A DNA stretch of 32,000 nt from Chlamydiales bacterium (GCA_041395025.1 JAWLBH010000001.1:1200001-1232000); one strand, 5' to 3'. Shown: positions 18,978-27,959, numbered from the stretch's first letter. Notes: generated by a model from the letters alone, not told the origin. A program made the numbers and translations.

Positions 18978-19388
18978 ATGCGCCTGATCATTGGACTTAT
19001 GGGCTCTCTATTTCTTTATGGATGCTACCATTGTCCTTTAGATTGTCGTTCAGAATCTCTTTATCCTGAATATTTAGCGAGTCAACATATTCTGACTCCA
19101 GATCCATATGATCATTGTTTTTTTGGCCAGCAAATTGTTATTCGATGGAATATAAAAAAAGAAGATCCTCCTCTGAGATTACTCCTTCATGTTCGTTATG
19201 GAACACGAGAATACACAACTTTTAGTTACTCTCTCACAAAGTCATCAGGTTATCAAATTTATCGTTTGATTAATGAAGCATATTGGGATCATGAAGGAAT
19301 CATTTCTTATAAAGCTGAAATGTACAAAGAGGATAGGAAAATTGCTGATTGGGAACATCATCTTTGGACAGAAATTATTGAGATCTAA
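18978..19388 (+). CDS. Hypothetical lipoprotein-like protein appended to the V-ATPase operon (136 aa)
   Basis: It starts 4 nt after the atpK stop. The N-terminus MRLIIGLMGSLFLYGC looks like a signal peptide with a lipobox-like LYGC. The rest is Trp/Tyr/His-rich and soluble. I recognise no family. Confidence 0.7.
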   Translation: MRLIIGLMGSLFLYGCYHCPLDCRSESLYPEYLASQHILTPDPYDHCFFGQQIVIRWNIKKEDPPLRLLLHVRYGTREYTTFSYSLTKSSGYQIYRLINEAYWDHEGIISYKAEMYKEDRKIADWEHHLWTEIIEI

Positions 19389-19432
19389 TGATCTGTTTTT
19401 TAAAAAGATAATTTTTTCCCAAATCTTTAGTT

Positions 19433-20485
19433 TTAGACTGAGGTAAACGAATGAGATCTTATTTGATGATATGCTTCAAGAATGATTTTTCGAGTATTTT
19501 CCCAATCTAGGCAAGGGTCGGTAATAGAAATCCCATAGTCTAAATTGGATGAAATTGGTTGAGAACCCGCGTGCAGATAGCTTTCAACCATGAGTCCTAT
19601 AATGTTTTCATTTCCTTGTAAAATTTGATTAATGATTTTTTGAAAGACTAAAAGCTGGTTAAAAGTTTGCTTTTCACAATTATCATGAGAGCAGTCGACC
19701 AGAATTTTATTACAAACCCCTGCCTTTTTGCATTGTTCAGAGGCTTTTATCAAAATTTCTCGAGCATAATTGGGGCCATTGTATCCTCCTCGGACGATTA
19801 AATGGCATAATTTATTGCCATTTGATTGAATACGTGTGATCCTTCCACTTAAGGATAATCCTAGAAAGACATGCGGGGTTCCTGAAGCAATCATCCCATG
19901 AATTGCATGATCGATACAACCATCAATAGGATTTTTAAACCCAATTGGTAATTCAAGACTAGCTGCAAGTTGTCTATGAGGTGGCGAAGTGACTGTTCTT
20001 GCTCCAATACAACCCCATGAAAGCAAATCAACATAATATTGTGTTGTAGTAATTTCTAGAAACTCACTACCTGCGGGCACACCCATGTCAGCTAATTTTG
20101 CAAGAAAAGCACGTGTTAATTGAATCCCTTTTGAAAGGTTATATGAGCCATCTAAATTCGGGTCATAGATCAATCCCTTCCATCCATGAATTGTTCGAGG
20201 CTTTTCAAAATATGCTCGCATGATCATCAAAAATTCATTTGAGACTTCTTCAGCTAACTCTTTAAAATACCTTGCATACTCAAGCGCAGATGGAAGATCA
20301 TGAATAGAACATGGACCAACAATTAGGATTTTTCTTTTGTCTAAACCATTTAAGATATTTCGAATTGAAAGGCGTGTTTTTTTGATGAAAGCTGCACTTT
20401 TTTCTTTAAGAGGAATTGTCTTTTGAAGTTCTATGGGTGTTGGCACATTGCTATCAAAATCTTCAGTGAGGGAAATTAAAGTCAT
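19433..20485 (-). CDS. aroG: 3-deoxy-7-phosphoheptulonate (DAHP) synthase, class I alpha (AroF/G/H-like)
   Basis: ILIVGPCSIHD, MRAYFEKPRTIHGWKGLIYDP and IGARTVTSPPHRQLAS match E. coli AroG-type motifs. I chose the ATG at 20485 (MTLISL...), which gives an N-terminal length matching AroG. The ORF-track start at 20503 is TTG. The isozyme specificity is unknown. Confidence 0.92.
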   Translation of the reverse strand: MTLISLTEDFDSNVPTPIELQKTIPLKEKSAAFIKKTRLSIRNILNGLDKRKILIVGPCSIHDLPSALEYARYFKELAEEVSNEFLMIMRAYFEKPRTIHGWKGLIYDPNLDGSYNLSKGIQLTRAFLAKLADMGVPAGSEFLEITTTQYYVDLLSWGCIGARTVTSPPHRQLAASLELPIGFKNPIDGCIDHAIHGMIASGTPHVFLGLSLSGRITRIQSNGNKLCHLIVRGGYNGPNYAREILIKASEQCKKAGVCNKILVDCSHDNCEKQTFNQLLVFQKIINQILQGNENIIGLMVESYLHAGSQPISSNLDYGISITDPCLDWENTRKIILEAYHQIRSHSFTSV

Positions 20486-20611
20486 ATTTTGTGAGGAAAA
20501 CAATCGATGTTTTTTGCTCTTTCTTCATGAATAAGGCTCCAGGTATACATATTTTAGTATTTCCAGCATAGTCTTTATTCCACTTAGTTTAGTAAGATAT
20601 AGATGAATCAT

Positions 20612-20640
20612 TTGACATCAATTTTTTCTACACATATAAA
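20612..20640 (+). promoter_or_regulatory. Near-consensus sigma70/66-type promoter for the AGCS symporter gene
   Basis: TTGACA (20612-20617), an exactly 17-nt spacer, then TATAAA (20635-20640). The predicted start site is only about 7 nt before the ATG at 20654. Confidence 0.5.
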
Positions 20641-20653
20641 GCTTCCTTTTAAT

Positions 20654-22012
20654 ATGAAAGCGGTTATTTTTTGGCTTGAAGCTATTGATTCGTGGATATG
20701 GCAATCTTTATTTATCATTCTTTTAGCCACAGGTCTTTTCTTAACCTATCGTTTACGTGGATTGCAATTTCGCCATCTTATCTACGCTCTTAAACTTGTT
20801 TTTACCTATCGTGATCATCAAGGAGAAGGGGATATTTCTCATTTTCAGGCTTTAATGACGGCTTTAGCAGCCACCATTGGAATTGGAAATATTGCCGGGA
20901 TAGCTACAGCTATTGCAATGGGTGGGCTAGGTTCACTTTTTTGGCTTTGGATGACTGCATTAATTGGAATGGCAACTAAGTACAGTGAAGCAATTTTAGC
21001 AATTAAATACAGAATTGTCGATGCTCGTGGTGAAATGGCTGGTGGACCGATGTATTATATTAGGGATGGTCTTGGGTGGAAATGGTTAGCTATTTTTTTT
21101 GCTTTTTTTGGCAGTATTGCTGCTTTGTTAACTGGAAATTTTGTACAGTCCCATTCGATTGCTTCAGCAGTTTTAACAACTTTAGACATTAATGTTTGGA
21201 TTACAGGAGCAATTCTTGCTATTGCTACTGGTTTAGTCTTAATTGGGGGGATTCGTACCATTGGAAGGTTAACTGCATTACTTGTTCCTACAATGGCTCT
21301 TTTGTATATTTTTGGTAGCATCTGGATTCTGGTGGTGCGTTTTGCTGATATGGGTGGAGCAATGAAATTAATTTTTTCTACTGCTTTTACTGGTCAAGCT
21401 CTTTCTGGAGGATTTGCTGGTTCAACAGTAATGATGGCGATTCAAATGGGAGTCGCAAGAGGAGTATTTTCTAATGAATCAGGTTTGGGAAGTGCCCCTA
21501 TTGCAGCTGCAGCTGCAAAAACAGATCTACCTGGTAGACAGGCATTAATATCGATGACAGGTGCTTTTCTTTCTACTATTGTGTGCACGTTTACAGGGCT
21601 TGCAATCGCAGTCACAGGAGTATTAGGGAAGACAAGTTCTGATGGAATTATGCTGAATGGCATTCCTCTTACCATGGCGGCTTTTGATTGCACGATTCCT
21701 TTTGGGCGATGGATTGTGGTTATCGGGAGTATTCTTTTTGGGTATTCAACAATTTTTGGTTGGGCTTACTATGGAGAGAAGTGCTGTGAATATCTTTTTG
21801 GGATTCGATCGATTTTTAGCTATCGTGTGCTCTTCTCCATATTTGTTTTCCTTGGAGTTGGAATTCCCATCGAAGTGGTTTGGTCTATAGCTGATATTGC
21901 GAATGCTTTTATGGCTTTACCCAATTTAATTGGCATTGTCGCTCTATCTAATGTGGTTGTTTTACAGACTCAAATTTTTTTAAAACAAGTGAAGAAAGAA
22001 AAAATGTTCTAA
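20654..22012 (+). CDS. alsT: Sodium:alanine (amino acid carrier, AGCS family) symporter
   Basis: DISHFQALMTALAATIGIGNIAGIATAIAMGGLGSLFWLWMTALIGMATKYSEA is the AGCS signature region, and the protein has about 10-11 TM segments. I prefer the start at 20654 (MKAVIFWLEAID...) because it fits homolog N-termini (e.g. E. coli YaaJ) and lies downstream of the promoter. The alternative ATG is at 20603. Confidence 0.9.
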   Translation: MKAVIFWLEAIDSWIWQSLFIILLATGLFLTYRLRGLQFRHLIYALKLVFTYRDHQGEGDISHFQALMTALAATIGIGNIAGIATAIAMGGLGSLFWLWMTALIGMATKYSEAILAIKYRIVDARGEMAGGPMYYIRDGLGWKWLAIFFAFFGSIAALLTGNFVQSHSIASAVLTTLDINVWITGAILAIATGLVLIGGIRTIGRLTALLVPTMALLYIFGSIWILVVRFADMGGAMKLIFSTAFTGQALSGGFAGSTVMMAIQMGVARGVFSNESGLGSAPIAAAAAKTDLPGRQALISMTGAFLSTIVCTFTGLAIAVTGVLGKTSSDGIMLNGIPLTMAAFDCTIPFGRWIVVIGSILFGYSTIFGWAYYGEKCCEYLFGIRSIFSYRVLFSIFVFLGVGIPIEVVWSIADIANAFMALPNLIGIVALSNVVVLQTQIFLKQVKKEKMF

Positions 22013-22049
22013 TATTCAATGGCTTGAGATCTATGAAATTATGGTAAAC

Positions 22050-24851
22050 CTATTGCTGCAATGAATTGAGTTTACCTTCAAGCTCTTTTTTTGTTTGATT
22101 GTTTTGTGCAAGTGCTTCTTTTTTCTTTTGGATGAGCTCGGGTTTTGCGTGTTGTAAAAAATCGGAGTTTGAAAGCTGTCTTTCTAAACAGGAAATATTC
22201 TCAACAATTTTTGCTAATTCTTTTTTAAGCCTTTCGTTTTCTTTTTTGACAAGTGTATGAGGAAGAGGAATCACGACTTTGTAGTTTTCTACAATCGCTG
22301 TTGCATGGAAATTTAAATCAGGAGCTTGAGAAGCTATTTCCAATTTATCGATTTTCACTAAGGAAGAGATAATATGTATTTCTTTTTCAAGTCCTGATCC
22401 AATAAGATAGACGTCAGTTGCCATTTGAGGAGGAATATTCATTTCACCACGAATTTTACGAATCGTATAGACAATTTTTTCTAGAGTTGAAAAAGAGGTT
22501 TCCACATCAGCTCGAATATCTTCATAGACAATCACCTGTGGATAGGAAGCGATAGCACAAGCAGGAGAGAGGAGAGCTTCAATTGTAGTTTTAATATAGG
22601 GATCAGATTGGCTTCTATCGAGATCAGGAAAATAGGATTTTAGTTTTTGAAATAATTCTTCTGTAATGAAGGGAGCCATCGGATGGAGTAAACGGATGGC
22701 ATTTAAAAGAATAATCACAAGTAGCTTTTGTTTATTCTTTCTTGTGGCTATTTCCCCTAGAGGATTAAGTAAAGTCGGTTTGATGATCTCAAGATAATAG
22801 GAACAAAATTCTTTCCAGAAAAAATTGTAAGCTAAGTTAGCAGCTTGGTCAAACTGATAAGTCTCTAAATATTGATTGATTTCACGATTGATTCGATTCA
22901 ATACGGATAAAATCCATTGATCTTCAAGAGAAAGCATCGATTGATTTAACCCTTTAGAGAGTTCTTTTGAAGAAAGATCTTCAAGGTTCATAAAAACAAA
23001 ACGTGCTCCATTCCAAATTTTGTTTGCAAAATTTCTAAATTCTTCAAAACGACGACGGTCAAGATCAATTTGTGGAGATTGATTAGCAGATGCACATAAG
23101 GACATCCGTACAGCATCTGTCCCATATTCCTCAATCATCTCAATTGGATCAATTACGTTACCTTTTGACTTCGAGAGTTTTTCCCATTTATGGAAGATGT
23201 TTTGAGGAATTGGTTTTCCAAGATCATAATCTCGTTTCTCTTTTCCTGTGATATAAGAGATTTCTCCTTGCTTATTTTGAGACCAGTAAGATTTTCCATA
23301 GATTAAACCGTGTAAAAAAACTTCAGGAAATGGAGCTCTTCCTAAAGCTATTTTGCCCATAATAATCATCCGTGCTACCCAAAAAAAGAGAATATCATGT
23401 CCTGTCACTAAGACATTTATAGGATAAAATTTTTTTATATCAGGAGTTTGTTGTGGCCATCCAAGAGTGACTAATGGCCATAAAGCAGATGAAAACCATG
23501 TATCAAGAACATCAGGATCCTGCTCCCAAAGTTCGGGATCTTTGATAACTTCTTCTGGCAAACTCTCTCCATCATAACATACCATCAATTCAGGATGATC
23601 TTTGCGGTACCACACTGGGATACGATGTCCCCACCAGAGTTGACGGCTGATACACCAATCTCGTAAGTTGTTCACCCAATGAAAATAAGTACTTTCCCAA
23701 GATTTTGGAAGAATTTTGACTTCTCCATTTTTAATCACCTCTTGAAGAGGTTTGATGAGCGCCTCCATCTTGACAAACCACTGTTTAGAAAGATAGGGTT
23801 CGATGATGGCTTTTGAGCGATAGGAAAGACCAACACGTAATTTATAGGGTTCAATCTTTTCTAAAAGTCCTAGATTTTGCATTTGATTGACAATTGCTTG
23901 ACGTCCTTCCTGGAAGCTCATACCACAGAAAGGACCTCCATTTTCATTGATCAATCCTTCGGAATGAAGAATATTAATGACATCAAGTTTATGTTCAATT
24001 CCTATCCGATAGTCGTTTGGGTCATGGGCAGGAGTGATTTTTACAGCTCCTGTGCCAAATTCAGGATCAACATGATGGTCAGCAATAATCGGGATTTCTC
24101 GATTGAGAATAGGAAGACGTATTTTTTTCCCAATAAATTTTTTATAACGGGAATCATGAGGAGAGACGGCCACTGCTGTGTCACCTAGCATTGTTTCAGG
24201 ACGGGTTGTAGCAATACGGATATAATCAGATCCATCTGATAGATAATATTTGAAATACCAAAGATAAGAATCTCGCTCTTCATATTCAACTTCATCATCA
24301 GCAAGGGCAGTTTGAGTCACAGGATCCCAGTTAACAAGGTAATCTCCTCGATAAATTAACCCTGCATCGAACAGCTTCTTAAACATTATTTTTACAGCAA
24401 GATTATATTCTTTTTGCATTGTAAAATTTAAACGAGACCAGTCACAAGAAGCCCCTAGTCTTTCTAGTTGTTGAAAGATGGTCAATTCACTTTTTTCTTT
24501 CCACTTCCAGATAATTTTGAGAAATTCTTCGCGACTATAGTCTTTTCGTCGTTTGTTTTCTGTTGCTATCAGATGGCGTTCTACTACAGTTTGTGTTGCA
24601 ATCCCTGCATGGTCTGTACCAGGTATCCAGAGTGCTTCAAAACCACTCATACGTTTCCAACGAATTAAAACATCTTGCAATGTATTTACAAGAGCATGAC
24701 CCATATGCAATATTCCAGTGACATTTGGGGGAGGAATAACAATAGTATAGGGAGGTTTAATAGAAGAAGCATCAGCTTGAAAAAATTTTTTTTCTTTCCA
24801 AAATCGAGACCATTTAGCTTCTACATTTTTTGGATTATAAGCTTTATCCAT
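22050..24851 (-). CDS. valS: Valyl-tRNA synthetase
   Basis: Class I HIGH motif (PPPNVTGILHMGHAL), KMSKS motif (KLSKSKGN), the editing-domain region TTRPETMLGDTAVAV, and a C-terminal coiled coil. ATG at 24851 (MDKAYNPKNVEAKW); the ORF-track start at 24857 is TTG. Confidence 0.97.
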   Translation of the reverse strand: MDKAYNPKNVEAKWSRFWKEKKFFQADASSIKPPYTIVIPPPNVTGILHMGHALVNTLQDVLIRWKRMSGFEALWIPGTDHAGIATQTVVERHLIATENKRRKDYSREEFLKIIWKWKEKSELTIFQQLERLGASCDWSRLNFTMQKEYNLAVKIMFKKLFDAGLIYRGDYLVNWDPVTQTALADDEVEYEERDSYLWYFKYYLSDGSDYIRIATTRPETMLGDTAVAVSPHDSRYKKFIGKKIRLPILNREIPIIADHHVDPEFGTGAVKITPAHDPNDYRIGIEHKLDVINILHSEGLINENGGPFCGMSFQEGRQAIVNQMQNLGLLEKIEPYKLRVGLSYRSKAIIEPYLSKQWFVKMEALIKPLQEVIKNGEVKILPKSWESTYFHWVNNLRDWCISRQLWWGHRIPVWYRKDHPELMVCYDGESLPEEVIKDPELWEQDPDVLDTWFSSALWPLVTLGWPQQTPDIKKFYPINVLVTGHDILFFWVARMIIMGKIALGRAPFPEVFLHGLIYGKSYWSQNKQGEISYITGKEKRDYDLGKPIPQNIFHKWEKLSKSKGNVIDPIEMIEEYGTDAVRMSLCASANQSPQIDLDRRRFEEFRNFANKIWNGARFVFMNLEDLSSKELSKGLNQSMLSLEDQWILSVLNRINREINQYLETYQFDQAANLAYNFFWKEFCSYYLEIIKPTLLNPLGEIATRKNKQKLLVIILLNAIRLLHPMAPFITEELFQKLKSYFPDLDRSQSDPYIKTTIEALLSPACAIASYPQVIVYEDIRADVETSFSTLEKIVYTIRKIRGEMNIPPQMATDVYLIGSGLEKEIHIISSLVKIDKLEIASQAPDLNFHATAIVENYKVVIPLPHTLVKKENERLKKELAKIVENISCLERQLSNSDFLQHAKPELIQKKKEALAQNNQTKKELEGKLNSLQQ

Positions 24852-24972
24852 AAGCAAGTAAGTATACTAAATCAGACATTCAAAGAAAAGAAAGGAAGTC
24901 TCATAAGTAAATTAAACTTTTCGAATCCTTGAAAAAATGAGAGAATGAAGAAGCCTCTTGAAAGGAGTAGAT

Positions 24973-27819
24973 CTACTCAGGGATATAGACATATTCTTCA
25001 CGTTCGAGATGGCGGTAATATGCTTCTAAGTCTGGGTTCTCTCGACATTGATAATAAAGAGTCATATGCTGGTAGAGTCGACGTCTTTCCCATAGAAAAG
25101 AAGTGCTATACCAAGCCACTGATTCAGTAATTTTATTGGTTAGTTCATGACCAAGCAATGCCCATGAACGTGGGAAAGGAGTATCAATCACTCCAGAGAA
25201 ATAAATTTTTGAAATTTCTTCTCCCTCTGTAACATAGAGATAACATCCGTAAAGAGAATAGAGCAAAGTTCCTTCTTGGTTGAGCATTTCGAGTGGATAG
25301 GATTCAAAAAGTTTTCCTGCTGCTTCCCAATTTTTTTCTTTAAGATAAGCCCAAATCTCATAGGCATCAAGCATAATAGAATCCTCCCAAGCAAGAGGAA
25401 GAGGTCTGACTTTACTCACAACTTCATGTACAATTCCTAGTTGATCAGTCCGGAGGGCATATTGAAGTAGGTAACTTATAGTACGAAACTTACGCACTCC
25501 AATATCTTCATAGGGTATGGTAAAAGCTTCTGTTAATGTCCTTGTATGGCATATCCAAATTGGTTTTAACCAATCTAGAATTTGTTTAAATTCTGTCCCT
25601 TCCTCTATTTCGAGTCCTGATTTTAATTCTTCTGCCTCTTCAATGAGTCGATAAGCGAGTCGATAAGAACCGAGTTCAAAAAGAGCATATAGAAGATCTC
25701 CAATCGCTATAATGTCAAGTGGTCTGATTTTGATTAATTCTTGATAGATTTCTAATAAGGTATAGGGAGCACCTAACCAAAATGCCAGTGGAATAGCAAA
25801 ACGAATTTCACTGCTTTTTTCTTTTCCCATTAAGTTAAGATCAATTGGGCTTTCAAAAAAAGGAAGTTGTTCCCAGTGAGAGACTAAATGTTTAAAAAGA
25901 CGATTTGAATCACCACTTTGAACGACTTTAGGTAATAAGCGTAAGACAATGAGGATGAGCTGATAAGCTGAACGGCGATTTGTTTGTGATGCTTCATGCA
26001 TTCGATAGATAATTTGTTCACGAATTGCATTGATTAAAGGATGTTTTTTATAACGACGTAGCCCTAATTCAAGACATTTAATTTCTTCGGGATAGTCTCT
26101 AAGAGATTGATAAACAAGGGCTTTCCCAAGGTATTCTAAAGGTGCTCCAGTAGTTTTATGAAGCTTTGCAAATTCTTCAAGAGCTAAAGTGTAGTTTTCT
26201 TCTGCTTTTTTTTGAGTTCGCATAGCACGCGCTTGTTCAAGTAGGGTAATTCCAGCTCGAAAAAGTGCTTCTCGTCCTTCAGCATATCCAGGAAATGAAT
26301 ATCCAATTCTTCGGTACTCAGTTAAAGCACGTTTGTAATCTTTGCTTGCTAAAAAAGCATCAGGGATCGAAAGACAACTGACTTGTAAATTTTGACTTCC
26401 ACTTAAAACAACGAGAGATTCCATCTTAAAATTATGATCTCTTGAAATCAGACCTACACGAGTGCCAAAAAGTGGGAGATAGCTTAAATAAGTAAATTTC
26501 AATTCTTCATTGATAAAAAAATGGATATTGTGAGCAATTTTTTCGATCGTAATTGAATATAACTCATTTCTTTTCAAACAAAGATCTGGTCGATGCAATA
26601 CCTCAACCATATTACGAAAAAGTTGTAATCCAGATTGAGATGAAGAATCTAAATCAGAAGCAATCCATAAACAATATCCTTCAAAAAGAGTTTCTCTATC
26701 AGCTGCTTCAGGAATACTCAGTAAAAATCCAATTCCTTCTCCATGTTCATCAATCTGAATTTTTGTTTTAAGGCGTAGAGTTTCTGCAAATACCCCTTTT
26801 GAGACCATGATGCTGACCCAATCAGTTGTTTCAGTTGTCCTTGTAATAGCGATATATTTTGAAATAAGCACATTTTCCTGGAATTCCCAATGTTTTTTTA
26901 TCTTAGGATCCAAATGAGCCATCTCAAACCAATCTGAACGTCCTTCCATATGATTGATTAAATCATAAATGAGTTCATCCATTGTTTGATAGCGATCGAC
27001 TGGGTTTGCCTCAAGACACTTTTTCACTATTCGTGAAAGATGAGGAGGCACTTCACGATAAGGGGCTATCTCTTCTGGATCAATCAATTTTTCGTAGACA
27101 TGAGTTTTAGAAAATTCTTTGAGTGAGACCCGTTTGAAAGGGATTTGGAGGGTAAGAATTTGATAGAGGATTACACCAAGAGCATACAAATCAGTTTGTA
27201 CTGTTGCATGGGAGCCAAGCGCTCTTTCAGGTGCCATATAAGCAACTGTTCCAACTAATTTGCCAGGATTCGTCAATCCAGGATTTGATTCAATGATCTT
27301 TTCCTCAATTTCCTCAGAGGGTTCATTCATGAATTGAGCTAGCCCCCAATCGAGAATAATCACCTCACCAAATTTTCCAATCAAGATGTTTTCTGGTTTA
27401 AGATCACGGTGTAAAATTCCTTTTGAATGAGCATAAGCAACTGTCTGGCAGATGCTTTTAAAAATTTGTAAGAGTGCAGGAATGGAATGAATTCCCTCTT
27501 TTTGATTCTCCATATTTTGATAAGCATGTTTAAAAATTTGCTTTAGTGTTTCTCTTTTCACATAGGGCATGGTGTAGTAAATTTCATTTTCATCTTGATG
27601 AATTGAATAGATTGAAATAATCCCTGGATGAGTCAGTTGAGCTGTAATTCTAGCTTCTCGTAAAAATCTATTTCTTATGACAGCATGTTGTTGTAAATCA
27701 CGACGAATCCTTTTAATTGCAATGTGTCTTCCACATAGAGGATCATAAGCAAGTAAAATTTCCCCCATTCCTCCAGTTCCAACTACTTCAAGACATTCAT
27801 ATCTGCCAAGTTTATGCAT
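24973..27819 (-). CDS. pknD: Ser/Thr protein kinase, PknD-type, with a large helical-repeat C-terminal domain (948 aa)
   Basis: Hanks kinase motifs: VGTGGMGEILLAYD, AIKRI, HRDLKPENIL, DWG in place of DFG, and YMAPERAL. About 650 further residues have TPR-like helical-repeat character. It lies directly upstream of valS, as pknD/valS do in Chlamydia (CT301/CT302, from memory). Confidence 0.9.
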   Translation of the reverse strand: MHKLGRYECLEVVGTGGMGEILLAYDPLCGRHIAIKRIRRDLQQHAVIRNRFLREARITAQLTHPGIISIYSIHQDENEIYYTMPYVKRETLKQIFKHAYQNMENQKEGIHSIPALLQIFKSICQTVAYAHSKGILHRDLKPENILIGKFGEVIILDWGLAQFMNEPSEEIEEKIIESNPGLTNPGKLVGTVAYMAPERALGSHATVQTDLYALGVILYQILTLQIPFKRVSLKEFSKTHVYEKLIDPEEIAPYREVPPHLSRIVKKCLEANPVDRYQTMDELIYDLINHMEGRSDWFEMAHLDPKIKKHWEFQENVLISKYIAITRTTETTDWVSIMVSKGVFAETLRLKTKIQIDEHGEGIGFLLSIPEAADRETLFEGYCLWIASDLDSSSQSGLQLFRNMVEVLHRPDLCLKRNELYSITIEKIAHNIHFFINEELKFTYLSYLPLFGTRVGLISRDHNFKMESLVVLSGSQNLQVSCLSIPDAFLASKDYKRALTEYRRIGYSFPGYAEGREALFRAGITLLEQARAMRTQKKAEENYTLALEEFAKLHKTTGAPLEYLGKALVYQSLRDYPEEIKCLELGLRRYKKHPLINAIREQIIYRMHEASQTNRRSAYQLILIVLRLLPKVVQSGDSNRLFKHLVSHWEQLPFFESPIDLNLMGKEKSSEIRFAIPLAFWLGAPYTLLEIYQELIKIRPLDIIAIGDLLYALFELGSYRLAYRLIEEAEELKSGLEIEEGTEFKQILDWLKPIWICHTRTLTEAFTIPYEDIGVRKFRTISYLLQYALRTDQLGIVHEVVSKVRPLPLAWEDSIMLDAYEIWAYLKEKNWEAAGKLFESYPLEMLNQEGTLLYSLYGCYLYVTEGEEISKIYFSGVIDTPFPRSWALLGHELTNKITESVAWYSTSFLWERRRLYQHMTLYYQCRENPDLEAYYRHLEREEYVYIPE

Positions 27820-27903
27820 TAAACATTCCTTGAATTAGAAAAGCTAAGTAAACACTCATAATTCCAACGTAACGGATTGATTGAACTTTTACAACTGGAT
27901 ATG

Positions 27904-27959
27904 CTCGAATATTCATTGAGTGTGATCGTCTAGCCTATTTCGAATAAAAAATATTCGAG
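27904..27959. repeat. Three copies of a TCGAATA(TT) motif forming nested inverted repeats in the uvrA-pknD intergenic region
   Basis: CTCGAATATT (27904-27913) is the reverse complement of AATATTCGAG (27950-27959). TCGAATA (27940-27946) also pairs with TATTCGA (27952-27958) around a short A-loop. This is either a terminator-like hairpin for uvrA or an operator for pknD. Confidence 0.3.

Noticed and set aside
20486-20503. TTG at 20503 as the DAHP synthase start
   Set aside because: The ATG at 20485 gives an N-terminal length matching E. coli AroG-type enzymes, and TTG starts are rarer. The question is not resolved without experimental data.
11464-27819. Short antisense or alternative-frame ORFs inside the V-ATPase genes, alsT, valS and pknD (e.g. 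11464-11694, 13165-13577, 15407-15622, 16248-16543, 21055-21890, 23877-24188, 24468-25130, 25188-25394, 26553-26771) and inside uvrA (29165-29371)
   Set aside because: The reasoning is the same: they overlap well-supported genes, they are short, and they have no independent signals.
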